From Opitutaceae bacterium (GTDB lineage Bacteria > Verrucomicrobiota > Verrucomicrobiia > Opitutales > Coraliomargaritaceae), in the NCBI GenBank assembly GCA_051252375.1, contig JBPOFY010000005.1:149406-213405 (forward strand): 64,000 nt of DNA, written 5' to 3'. The notes under the pieces are model-generated. The model did no database searches and had not been told where the DNA came from. It saw only the letters and a program-made list of their open reading frames with translations. The position numbers were made by a program, and so were the translations under genes. Of the stretch, positions 54,731 to 63,815 are shown in pieces. The number at the start of each line of letters is the position of its first letter. The stretch's first letter is position 1.

Positions 54731-57700
54731 TTAGGGGAGCGTGATCATGAGTCGGGCGAATAGCCTGCCATCTACGGAGTGGGTCAGTGATATATCGATG
54801 GTCACGGTGTCTGGATCGCCGGGGTCCACCACGATGTCGTTCCAGTTGGAGAGATCGACGGACCACTGGACTGTTTGAATTGTGCCAGTCTTGGAGTCCA
54901 CTGTTCGAGTGTAGGAAAACTTAAGGTCAGTGGCGTCTTTCACGATGGTTGGTAGGACGGAGTTGCCTGAGACGAGCGGATCGCTGCCCAAGACAAACTC
55001 CAATCCGTTGTCGGTGCCGTCGAGGTCGTCGTCGTCGTCAAACTCGCCAGTCAGTCCGTGGCCTGCGGCCCAAATTTCGTAGGGTGCTTCGTTCACGCGG
55101 ATGTAGTCGATGGCCATGTCGGCAGCGTGCCATTCCTCTTGTTGGGCTCTAAAGCGGATCGTGACATGGGACAGGCCGACGTATGGTGAGAGGTCAACCG
55201 TTGCAGTCAGCCAAGGGCCAGTGCTGGCACTCTGCTGCGGTGGGGATTGGATCCAAACATCGGTGGTCCAAGAGGTGCCGTCGTGGATATCGACGGCAAG
55301 ATAATCGATGTAGGGACCAAACATGTGATAATCGAAGGTCAGTCCCGGGTTGGTAGCGGTGCTAAGGTCGAAGGTGTTTTCTATTGAAGCACTCTTGTAT
55401 TTTACACCTGAGTCGTGGCCCTCGAAGTAGATGTAATACGCGCCGTCGGAAGCTTGAGAGGGGCCAGTGCCTGTATCAGGGGTTCCTCCTGTGTTACGAG
55501 TCCAATCGATGTCATCGTCTTGCACTTGAGTCCAAGTTCCAAAGCCAGTCTCGAAGCTTTCCACATACGGAAGCGTTCTTGGGGCGTCTTTCACCACGAT
55601 GTTGTCAATCGCAGGGTCGGCTGAATTGAATGTTGTAGTCGCAGTTCGGAAGCGGATCGTGACTTCCGAGTTTCCGATGTATGCCGACAGGTCAACGACA
55701 GCGTTGAGCCAAGGTGCAGTCGTTTGGGTCATTTGCTGCCCGTCTACACGCCAAACATCGTTTGTCCAAGTCGTGCCGTCGTGAATGTCGACCGCGAGAT
55801 AGTCGATGTAGAAGCCGTTCATATGATAGTCGAAGGTCAGTTCGGCACTTGAACCCGTGCTGAAATCAAAAATCGCTTCTACATGGGTGATAGCATTTTC
55901 TGAGGGGCTGTCGTGACCCTCGGCATACAGATAAAACGCACCATCAGACGCCGCACTGGGGCCAGCGCTACCGGTTGGTGTGTCGCCGCTATTCAGCTTC
56001 CAATTGTAGTCGTCGTCGGGGGCGTTGTTCCATGCACCGAGACCGTTCTCAAAGCTTTCGGCGTAGGGCAAGGTTTCTGGTTCGCTGATTCTGATATTAT
56101 CAATCGCAGGATCAGCAGAGTTCCACATGCCGCTGCGGGCGGTGCGAAAACGTATCGTGACTTCCGGATTACCGGCGTAGGCGGCGAGGTCGACCACGGC
56201 ACGGGTCCACGGTTCATCACTACCGGTGTGCTGTTGATTATTTGCGAACCAGACATCGTTTGTCCAAGTGGTGCCGTTATGAACATCAACGGCCAAGTAG
56301 TCGATGTTGGTGCCATACATGTGGTAGTCGAAGCGTAGCTTGACGTTGTTGACGGTGCTGAAGTCGAAGGTGCACTCCACCTGGGTGGTGTCACCTGTGT
56401 CATTCGTATCGTGACCTTCGGCAAACAAGTAGGACTCGCCATCGGAAGCACCACTGGGGCCGGCGCTAGCGGTTGGGGTGCCGCCGCTGCCGATTTCCCA
56501 GTCGTAGTCATCGTCGTAAAATTGACGCCAAGCGCCCACTCCATTCTCGAAGCTTTCCGCATAGGGCACGGTCTGCACTTCGGCCAGCGTGATCGGTAGG
56601 TAATGCTTGATGAATCGAAACCTTACATTGTCGTTGACCGTAGAATCATCAACGGTGTCGATTCCATCACTTCCGTTGATACGTAGGCGTCTGCCTGTTG
56701 AAGGATGATTGATGTAAAACCAGCCGTGTTCGTGCTCGTTCAGTTGCCACTCGACATTCGAACCAGTGGTTCCGGCAGCAGCTAGTCCGACACTCGAACC
56801 GTTGTAAGAAAGACGTCGGCCATCACTGAGACCTACGATGTATTTTCTTCCGCTGGGTGCAGCCTGTAAGATGAACTGTTCGGTCGCAGTGCGGTTGAGA
56901 ACATCGGCCGTGGTGACGGTATTGGAGGTAGGGTCGTCAATCAGTCGTAGGAACCGAGCCTTGTTGTGAATGATGTATGAGGTCTCGTTCACGACATTGG
57001 CATTACCGTCCCATCCGGCTAGCAGTAAGCCGCACTCAGCTAGATCTTCCCAACCTGGGTCAGTTGAGTCATTATTGTAGTGCAGCGCCATTCTAGGAGA
57101 GTTCATCGCGGTGGGGTCAGCGCTGGCGGCGTCTGTCGTATTTGGGTCGCCTCCATACATACCCCATTCGAATGGGGACCACTTTTTCAGCCAAGGTAGG
57201 CCCTCGGCGCGCCAGATGAATTCAGCGAGGAAGTTGAAATTGTGATTGCGGCTCCACGTCGTTTTGTCGCCTACGAAATCGCGGGTCGAGAACTCGGTCA
57301 GCCAGATCGGTTTGCCATACGTGTTGTAAAGGCTCTGCATGTTGTTGATGAGTGTGCTCGGACTTCCGGTAGAAGCTCCTGCAGTCGAATACCAGTGCAT
57401 GGCCATGTATTCGGAACGGTGTCCACGCTCATCAGCCAAGCCTTCATAGGCCACGCGCCATGCTCCCTGATAGGCAGAGGGAACAGGCCCGACCAAGGGC
57501 AATTGCGTTCTCTCTAGTCGCGGCCACTGATAAGCTGCCGTGGCCTCGGTCATGTTGGCCTGGTCGCTTAGATCGGGCTCGTTAAATCCGAGTAATGTGG
57601 TCTGGTTAGCACGGCTATACCAATTCGGTTGATTGCGTAGGATGCCAGGAGATGCTGCGGCCATGCCTCCCCATTGCATGGGGATGTATTGGCCGACTGA

Positions 57701-59878
57701 AACGAGGTTTTCGTCGCCGAATCCCCAGTTGTATGCCCAACCTGGTTTGAACATCGAATTGAAATGAAGGTGTGAAGCTTGGCCTTGCTTTGGGTAATGC
57801 TTCTCATAGTTGATCTTCCAATGTTGGCTGGTGCTGCCGCTAGACGTTTGTTGCACGATGTCTCCACTATCGTCTCCCAGAACTAATCCTGACCAAACAT
57901 TCACAATTCGGAAGTGGGTGGCATCCACCGGCTGCAGTTCCCATCGTTGATGCGGCATGCTAGAGTAGGTGCCCTCCACAATGGCGGCTCCATCTGCACT
58001 AGAGGCCTGTGATACTTCGAAGCATTTTTCAGTCAGCTTGCTGCGAATTCGATAGTCGCCAGTTCCGAGATTCAGCAAAACCTGATACCTCGTTTCTCCT
58101 GCTAATACCGCCCCTGTATCTGTGGTGGATAAGTTTGTCCCCGCGGCACGGTTTTCGATGGTGTAATAGGAATCTTCGTAGTCGAGGAAGCTCTTGGTGC
58201 TCGGCATCTCGTCCTTGGCATCGGTCCACAGTGGAAACGAACCACCAGCAAGCGGCGGCAGCACTACCAGCTCTCGAACGATTGCCTGTGTCGAGTCTAG
58301 CGAACGAAGGCGGATTTTCGTGGTGTTCTCCGCTGTCGGTAAAACGATGGTCCGTTCAAAGTCGGTATTGCCCGTCACTGCGCCTCCAGAAAATACCACC
58401 CAGGAGCCGCCGCTATCGTAGGCCAACTCAAAGTTTTGGATCTGCGTGCCACTTTGGCCTTCGTAACCGGAGTAGAGATGGATCTCTCCTATTTTTTCCG
58501 ACTGAGGGAAATGGATTTCCAGGTCGTGCGGACCCGTTGTATTCGCACTCGCCCAGACGGAACCATTATGAGCGTGGCCATCGATCGCTAACTTCGGGTA
58601 ATTCGCTCCAGCAACCGACGAGTATTCGTATTGTCGCATCTTTACCTGATTCAGATCTAGGTCTGTTCCGAACGGCACGGGTGTCCCACCAACAGTAGGC
58701 GCGTAGAGTGCCAAGTCCATCACGCGGGCGATCGTGTCAGTGGTGTAGAGACGAAACCTTTGAGCCGTTACAGGACTGGTAAAAGCAAGATTCACAATCC
58801 TAGAGGTGTTTCCAGAAAGGGAGGTGCCGGAAATATCCACCCAGGCATTTCCATCATGATACTGCAGGACCGCGTTGGACATGGCGGCGTCCCAAGTGCT
58901 GCCACTGTAGAGATGGGCGCTCCCAATTTCCATCGGCACGGCGAGTTCGATTTGTAGCCAGTGCGGCCCAGTAGAGTCCGAGACCCAGCGACTGTCCTGG
59001 GCTACGACTCCATCATTGGCATACTGTCCGGGTCTGTCGTTCAACTTGGAATCCACCGAGGTCGTTTGGTATCTCGCAAGGTTGAAGGAAGCACGCGGCT
59101 TGTCCTGGGCGGTGACGACGACGTTGTCGATCCACGCGCCTCCGTTGACGCTGGCGAGATTGGAAATAGTCAGGGAACCGATGGTGTTGAGCAGATTCGA
59201 TTGGGGTTCGATATTGATATCCAACCACTCGCCATCATCGGCGTAGTCGCCGTCGTCATTCCAATCGATGCTCAACTCTGCTACTGAGGCACTGGAAATG
59301 TCGAGTTTGACGCGGATCATAGCGGCAGATCCCCATGTGAGGTAGCCATCCACTGTTGGATTTTGTAAACCGTTATTGACCCCGGTCGCGTTGGTCGTGG
59401 TGCTTGTCCCCACGAAGCCAGCTGTGGTGAACTGTTTATTCGAGTTCATCTTGAAGGTGAACTCGAACAACTCATCGGTGGCATCACCCACTGAGAACAC
59501 CACCGCTTGGTTGCCTGATTGCCGAGCGGCATACAGATCCATCTCTAGAGAAACTGTCTGACTGCTCAAATCGACCGCTTGGCTGAAATTGGCCATGACC
59601 GAATTCGCGCTCAACCCGGAGGTGGCCTTGTCGAAGACAAATGCATTGTTCGTATTTGCCCCATTGGAAATGATTGCACCCGGAGCTGAAGCGTCGACTG
59701 TCCAGCTTCCCACTGAAGTGCCGGCATCCAGATTCGACTTCGTCGCATTCGCAGTCACCGAACCACTGATCTCTGTGGAATTGTTAAAGTCAGCCTCGAA
59801 GACGACTTCTTGTGCGATTAAGGTGCCTGCGGACAAGCATACGCATGCAATAAGGAAAAATGATGTAGAGTTCTTCAT
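54731..59878 (-). CDS. Multimodular secreted glycoside hydrolase (GH128-like) with discoidin, ricin-lectin and 3 MAM domains
   Basis: WAYNW, IPMQWG, LGFNEPD, HWY, KPIWLTEF; QxW ricin repeats; 3x ESFE.G.G.W..DD..W..G.TP..GPS. Confidence 0.85.
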   Translation of the reverse strand: MKNSTSFFLIACVCLSAGTLIAQEVVFEADFNNSTEISGSVTANATKSNLDAGTSVGSWTVDASAPGAIISNGANTNNAFVFDKATSGLSANSVMANFSQAVDLSSQTVSLEMDLYAARQSGNQAVVFSVGDATDELFEFTFKMNSNKQFTTAGFVGTSTTTNATGVNNGLQNPTVDGYLTWGSAAMIRVKLDISSASVAELSIDWNDDGDYADDGEWLDINIEPQSNLLNTIGSLTISNLASVNGGAWIDNVVVTAQDKPRASFNLARYQTTSVDSKLNDRPGQYANDGVVAQDSRWVSDSTGPHWLQIELAVPMEIGSAHLYSGSTWDAAMSNAVLQYHDGNAWVDISGTSLSGNTSRIVNLAFTSPVTAQRFRLYTTDTIARVMDLALYAPTVGGTPVPFGTDLDLNQVKMRQYEYSSVAGANYPKLAIDGHAHNGSVWASANTTGPHDLEIHFPQSEKIGEIHLYSGYEGQSGTQIQNFELAYDSGGSWVVFSGGAVTGNTDFERTIVLPTAENTTKIRLRSLDSTQAIVRELVVLPPLAGGSFPLWTDAKDEMPSTKSFLDYEDSYYTIENRAAGTNLSTTDTGAVLAGETRYQVLLNLGTGDYRIRSKLTEKCFEVSQASSADGAAIVEGTYSSMPHQRWELQPVDATHFRIVNVWSGLVLGDDSGDIVQQTSSGSTSQHWKINYEKHYPKQGQASHLHFNSMFKPGWAYNWGFGDENLVSVGQYIPMQWGGMAAASPGILRNQPNWYSRANQTTLLGFNEPDLSDQANMTEATAAYQWPRLERTQLPLVGPVPSAYQGAWRVAYEGLADERGHRSEYMAMHWYSTAGASTGSPSTLINNMQSLYNTYGKPIWLTEFSTRDFVGDKTTWSRNHNFNFLAEFIWRAEGLPWLKKWSPFEWGMYGGDPNTTDAASADPTAMNSPRMALHYNNDSTDPGWEDLAECGLLLAGWDGNANVVNETSYIIHNKARFLRLIDDPTSNTVTTADVLNRTATEQFILQAAPSGRKYIVGLSDGRRLSYNGSSVGLAAAGTTGSNVEWQLNEHEHGWFYINHPSTGRRLRINGSDGIDTVDDSTVNDNVRFRFIKHYLPITLAEVQTVPYAESFENGVGAWRQFYDDDYDWEIGSGGTPTASAGPSGASDGESYLFAEGHDTNDTGDTTQVECTFDFSTVNNVKLRFDYHMYGTNIDYLAVDVHNGTTWTNDVWFANNQQHTGSDEPWTRAVVDLAAYAGNPEVTIRFRTARSGMWNSADPAIDNIRISEPETLPYAESFENGLGAWNNAPDDDYNWKLNSGDTPTGSAGPSAASDGAFYLYAEGHDSPSENAITHVEAIFDFSTGSSAELTFDYHMNGFYIDYLAVDIHDGTTWTNDVWRVDGQQMTQTTAPWLNAVVDLSAYIGNSEVTIRFRTATTTFNSADPAIDNIVVKDAPRTLPYVESFETGFGTWTQVQDDDIDWTRNTGGTPDTGTGPSQASDGAYYIYFEGHDSGVKYKSASIENTFDLSTATNPGLTFDYHMFGPYIDYLAVDIHDGTSWTTDVWIQSPPQQSASTGPWLTATVDLSPYVGLSHVTIRFRAQQEEWHAADMAIDYIRVNEAPYEIWAAGHGLTGEFDDDDDLDGTDNGLEFVLGSDPLVSGNSVLPTIVKDATDLKFSYTRTVDSKTGTIQTVQWSVDLSNWNDIVVDPGDPDTVTIDISLTHSVDGRLFARLMITLP

Positions 59879-60087
59879 CGATTTGGGAAGTTTAGACTGA
59901 AACACTGTTGAGGTCCGTAAAATCGATGTCGGCAGGCATGCTGTTTTAGTCGAGACCTGAATATATCGCGAGTGGGTTGCTTTGCAATCTTAGTAGATTA
60001 GATTTCCTAGGTATAAACCCTTATTTCTGTGAATCCTTTACAGAGTTATGTTTTTCTGAGGAGCAAGCCTGAGTGGTCGGGCAACTT

Positions 60088-60122
60088 AAAAAGAAGGCCG
60101 ACCCATTGAGCCAGCCTTCTTG
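60088..60122 (-). terminator. Terminator after nrdJ remnant C
   Basis: AAAAAGAAGGC...GCCTTCTT; homologous to 63769-63804. Confidence 0.75.
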
Positions 60123-60132
60123 AACAAAATAC

Positions 60133-60172
60133 TTAGGAACAACCTAAACTAGTTCCACCAATTCGACAGGCA
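60133..60172 (-). pseudogene. nrdJ 3'-end remnant C (GTSLGCS*)
   Basis: GGA ACT AGT TTA GGT TGT TCC TAA, frame broken upstream. Confidence 0.75.
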
Positions 60173-60253
60173 GAAGAAGCGTGAAGCTTGAAATCTGAAG
60201 AGTGAAATATTCTGACTGATCCTTCGTGCTCTTTGTGCCCTTCGTGGTTTAAT

Positions 60254-60418
60254 CTAGCTACATCCGAGGCTCGTGCCGCAGTTCAAGCAGCAGGCGCAGG
60301 TGCCCGTGACTTTGACTTTTCCTGAGCCGCATTCAGGGCAAGTCAAATTACCTTCGCTTTGAGTTAGAAACTCTAACTGCTTCCTATCAATCTTGGCGTC
60401 TTCTATATTGGTGGCGGA
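60254..60418 (-). pseudogene. nrdJ 3'-end remnant B
   Basis: ...KQLEFLTQSEGNLTCPECGSGKVKVTGTCACCLNCGTSLGCS*; no ATG; in-frame stop upstream near 60431. Confidence 0.85.
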
Positions 60419-60680
60419 GATTGAGGAGTATCACAAGATCGCTCTCTTCGTGGAGATGGAAGATTTTCACGGCTGGACGACTGGTGCGCTTTGGGCCGAT
60501 ACCAAGTTCGATCTCAAGCACCATAAGGACTTCAGCCGCATCGCGATCGTGGGCGACCAAAAGTGGGAGGAGTGGATGGCGACGCTGGCAAAGCCATTCA
60601 CCGCAGCCGCAGTCCGCTACTTCGACGTGCACGAGCGTGACGCTGCCTTGCGCTGGTCCTCCGGTGGCCGCATGTTGTAA
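60415..60680 (+). pseudogene. 5'-truncated SpoIIAA-like (STAS/SEC14) gene
   Basis: EMEDFHGW..GALWAD.KFD..H..RIAIVGD..W...VRYF...AL.W; N-terminal third missing. Confidence 0.75.
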
Positions 60681-60748
60681 CCCAAGGATCGGTCTTCGCA
60701 CTCCGAGGTGCTTCGTTTCTTGAGGACAGGTGTTGCCTTTCAGCGTGA

Positions 60749-60780
60749 ATAAAAAGAGCTCGACTGTTTCGGGTCGAGCC
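60749..60780 (-). terminator. Probable terminator after subtilase gene
   Basis: GCTCGAC/GTCGAGC stem with A run on the + strand. Confidence 0.6.
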
Positions 60781-60861
60781 CTCGTTGGAGTAGTTTGTAA
60801 GTGATCTGCTCTGCCTGCTGCTTCCCTCTATGCAATTCTGCCTAGAGCACAGGTGATTGGA

Positions 60862-63393
60862 TTACGGGACGATGTATCCCGGATCAAAGATGATTCGTAA
60901 GAATTCCTTCCCGCTGCTGAGTGGTCGGGTTATGGTTACTTTATCCGCGTTCGGAATGGTCGGGTGTGTCGAGAACGACCAGTAGCTGGAGATTGAAGGC
61001 ACGGGGGTCCAAGTGCTGGTCAGGTCATTTGTATACTCAACATCGTAGGCGTTCGAATCAATATCGAGACTGATCGGGAAGCTGTAGGTGAAGTTTGAAC
61101 CACTTAGAGCGTAATTGAACCATTGAGTGGTGTCGGCAACATTAGGGTCGATGCCGATGAAGAATTCCCACTGATTGGTATAGCGGTCATTGTCCGGATT
61201 GGCATCCCAGCCCCATACCGTGGTTTGCTTCGCTGGATCATCTACATCGCTGCCGAATTGTTCGCGGGACCAGAATTGATAGCGATTCTCATGAAGGAGA
61301 ACGTAGACGGTGTCACTCCACTGCAGCGCTCCGCCGTAGCCAGTATTACCGTTGTCCGAGATCGTTACTATCAAGGACTGCGATTGCGCCCATGGGGTGC
61401 CGTCATCGCTGCCGATATAAATCACGCCGTTGTTGTCGGCCAGAGTCGCATTGATCTTGGCTGCGGAGGCGGTGACGGAAACATCAGGCGAACCGTTCGG
61501 CCGAGTGGGATCGGTGAAATCTGCTAACGTCACTCCGCCCGAGATCGTGTCATCCACATAGATCGTAGCAGTGCCACTCGACTCCCTTAGGGTGAGGGTC
61601 AGATTGTTACTTCCGGCATCGGGGTCCGAGACGGATAGTCCTGTAATGGATTGGGAAATCCTCAAGGTGGCATTAAAAGTTGTTCCAGGCGTGAACACAT
61701 ACGGGGGCAAGTTCAGAGCCCCGGCTGTTAAATCCGCATCTGGAAAACCAGAGCCAAATACATTGTCAATTCCCGGCGCACCCAAGTCGCTCGCTGTCGA
61801 AGTCATCGCCGAGATAAGACCACTGGCTGACGCCTCTGGGCTCCATTCCCAAGCCAGTGCCAGCAATCCGGCGACGTGAGGGGATGCCGCACTGGTGCCT
61901 AAGAAAGGTGAGTAGAACGGTGTGGTGACGCTCACGTTGTCGGTCGCCACTATATCTGGTTTTATATACTGACCATCGTTGTGAGTGACCGGTCCCTGTG
62001 AGCTGAAGGATTCAATGACTGTCGGTGTGGAATGGTCGACTGCCCCGACCGCGACAACAGACGGTTCCGCCGTGTGGCCGATAATGGCGTCGGTCGCGCT
62101 CATACTGGCTGCGGTGGTCCCATTGAGTGTTGTGCCATTAAACATTTCGAAGAACATCTCAATCGTTCGGTTAACGTTCCCTCCTTTATATTGGACTCTT
62201 ACATCTACGATTACCTGCTGGGTCCCGTTGTTTTGGTAGACCGCATATTCACCAGGGTATCCGGATCCCAAGCCGCTACGAGTGTAGTTTGCGGCGCTGA
62301 TGGCAGTGCCCGTGCTCTTGTCTTCCAACAGCACATCGTAGTCGGCCGCGTTTCCCAGTTGATCGTTCCATTGCATCCAGACCTCCAGAACACCTCCATA
62401 TGCCGGAACGACGAACTCAAGGGTCGCGTCATGTTCGCTGTCTACCGGCGAGTTATCGGTGTAGGTCTGTTGGTGATGGATGCCGGCATCGTTGCCCGCC
62501 GCAGATACATGGATATAGTTGGTGCCGGCGCCGAGACCCACAACTTGGTTTGCCAGATAGCCGTCGTAGAAATAGGGTTCGGAATACCAACCGACATCGT
62601 CGCACACGATATTACAGTTCGCCCCTAGGACCAATGCCGTCATGGCATTGGCAAAAGAGATTTTGGTCGGGTAGGACATCGTCGATGGACCCGACGGACA
62701 AAAATACAGCTCCGCCCCAGGTGCCAGATCGTGAATGATCTCCAGCATGGCGGTGCCCTCATCGCCGACCCCCGAATCACCGCCTTGGATAGTCACAGTC
62801 GGAGGAGGGGGGCTGTTGCCAGGAAGATCGTTGGTCGCGGTGACCGCCGCCAAGCTGGCCACTCCATCAGAAATGACTCCCACCAGAATGCCGGTTCCAG
62901 TCAGTCCTCGGGTGCTTCGTGCCGTAGTCGCATTGTGCAAAGCGTCCCCTTGGGTGGTGACCGATCCTGTCTTGTAGTGAGGTCGGTCGACACAGTGGAT
63001 ATATTTCACTGAAGGCTCCAGAGTGAGAAGCTCTAAGTTTGGTTCCAGCACCCAACCGGCCGCTAGATCCCAGTCTTCCTTTTCTTCATACGACCCATCA
63101 AAATAGGCAGCGATGTCCGCCAAGGTGTATTCTATGTCTGGGTGTATTTCCACATAGACGAAATATCGGTTGGGATCACCGACCTCAATTTGTCCGAGGA
63201 ATTCCATCGTTCCGGTGATGTCTGCCACCTCCAGACCATTTTCACGGTAAGTCTCGCTAAAAATCCCTGCGAGTCGGGTGCTGAGTTTATCATAGTTTTG
63301 TGCATTCGCACTTGGACTGATACTACTTAATGCCATCGGCACAAGGATCGCGAATAAAGCGCTCGCGAAGCGATTCCATCCTGCGTTTTTCAT
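60862..63393 (-). CDS. Secreted S8/S53-like serine peptidase with shared C-terminal domain
   Basis: Signal and propeptide; GVISDG, DEGTAM, SAAGN, KPDI, GTSAASPHVAG. Confidence 0.88.
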   Translation of the reverse strand: MKNAGWNRFASALFAILVPMALSSISPSANAQNYDKLSTRLAGIFSETYRENGLEVADITGTMEFLGQIEVGDPNRYFVYVEIHPDIEYTLADIAAYFDGSYEEKEDWDLAAGWVLEPNLELLTLEPSVKYIHCVDRPHYKTGSVTTQGDALHNATTARSTRGLTGTGILVGVISDGVASLAAVTATNDLPGNSPPPPTVTIQGGDSGVGDEGTAMLEIIHDLAPGAELYFCPSGPSTMSYPTKISFANAMTALVLGANCNIVCDDVGWYSEPYFYDGYLANQVVGLGAGTNYIHVSAAGNDAGIHHQQTYTDNSPVDSEHDATLEFVVPAYGGVLEVWMQWNDQLGNAADYDVLLEDKSTGTAISAANYTRSGLGSGYPGEYAVYQNNGTQQVIVDVRVQYKGGNVNRTIEMFFEMFNGTTLNGTTAASMSATDAIIGHTAEPSVVAVGAVDHSTPTVIESFSSQGPVTHNDGQYIKPDIVATDNVSVTTPFYSPFLGTSAASPHVAGLLALAWEWSPEASASGLISAMTSTASDLGAPGIDNVFGSGFPDADLTAGALNLPPYVFTPGTTFNATLRISQSITGLSVSDPDAGSNNLTLTLRESSGTATIYVDDTISGGVTLADFTDPTRPNGSPDVSVTASAAKINATLADNNGVIYIGSDDGTPWAQSQSLIVTISDNGNTGYGGALQWSDTVYVLLHENRYQFWSREQFGSDVDDPAKQTTVWGWDANPDNDRYTNQWEFFIGIDPNVADTTQWFNYALSGSNFTYSFPISLDIDSNAYDVEYTNDLTSTWTPVPSISSYWSFSTHPTIPNADKVTITRPLSSGKEFLRIIFDPGYIVP

Positions 63394-63768
63394 AAGTTAG
63401 TGGGGTTAACTTTCGGTTGGGGTATGCTGATTACAGTTCGGCATCATCCGCAGTAAGTCAGGGCAGCGGCGACTTGATTTATCGCGCTTAGAGGCATGTC
63501 TCTGCATGCTTTTTGCGATCCTGCCATTGTTTGGATACATAACGAACCTTCCTTACATGAAAGGCTATCGCCTGCGTCGGGAAAGGCAAAGTCGACTTTC
63601 CCGGATGAGGGCTTTATAAGCAGACCTAAAGGCTCTGTTTTTTATTGATTATAAGTTCAACAGGCGCTCCGCATGAGAGTGAAAGCAGGTAGATCGTTAT
63701 AACCGCTGTCTGGGTATTTTAATCGGTAAATAAATTAGTTAATTGTCAGAATTTAGAGACCGTATTCC

Positions 63769-63804
63769 AAAAAAGAAGGCCTACCCAGTGGGTCGGCCTT
63801 CTTG
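63769..63804 (-). terminator. Terminator after nrdJ remnant A
   Basis: AAAAAAGAAGGCC.ACCCA.TGGGT.GGCCTTCTT. Confidence 0.85.
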
Positions 63805-63815
63805 CATTTCAGTTA

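Noticed and set aside
63577..63604. Hairpin CGGGAAAG...CTTTCCCG containing GGCAAA as a c-di-GMP riboswitch
   Set aside because: Lacks the rest of the consensus and is on the opposite strand to the subtilase gene.
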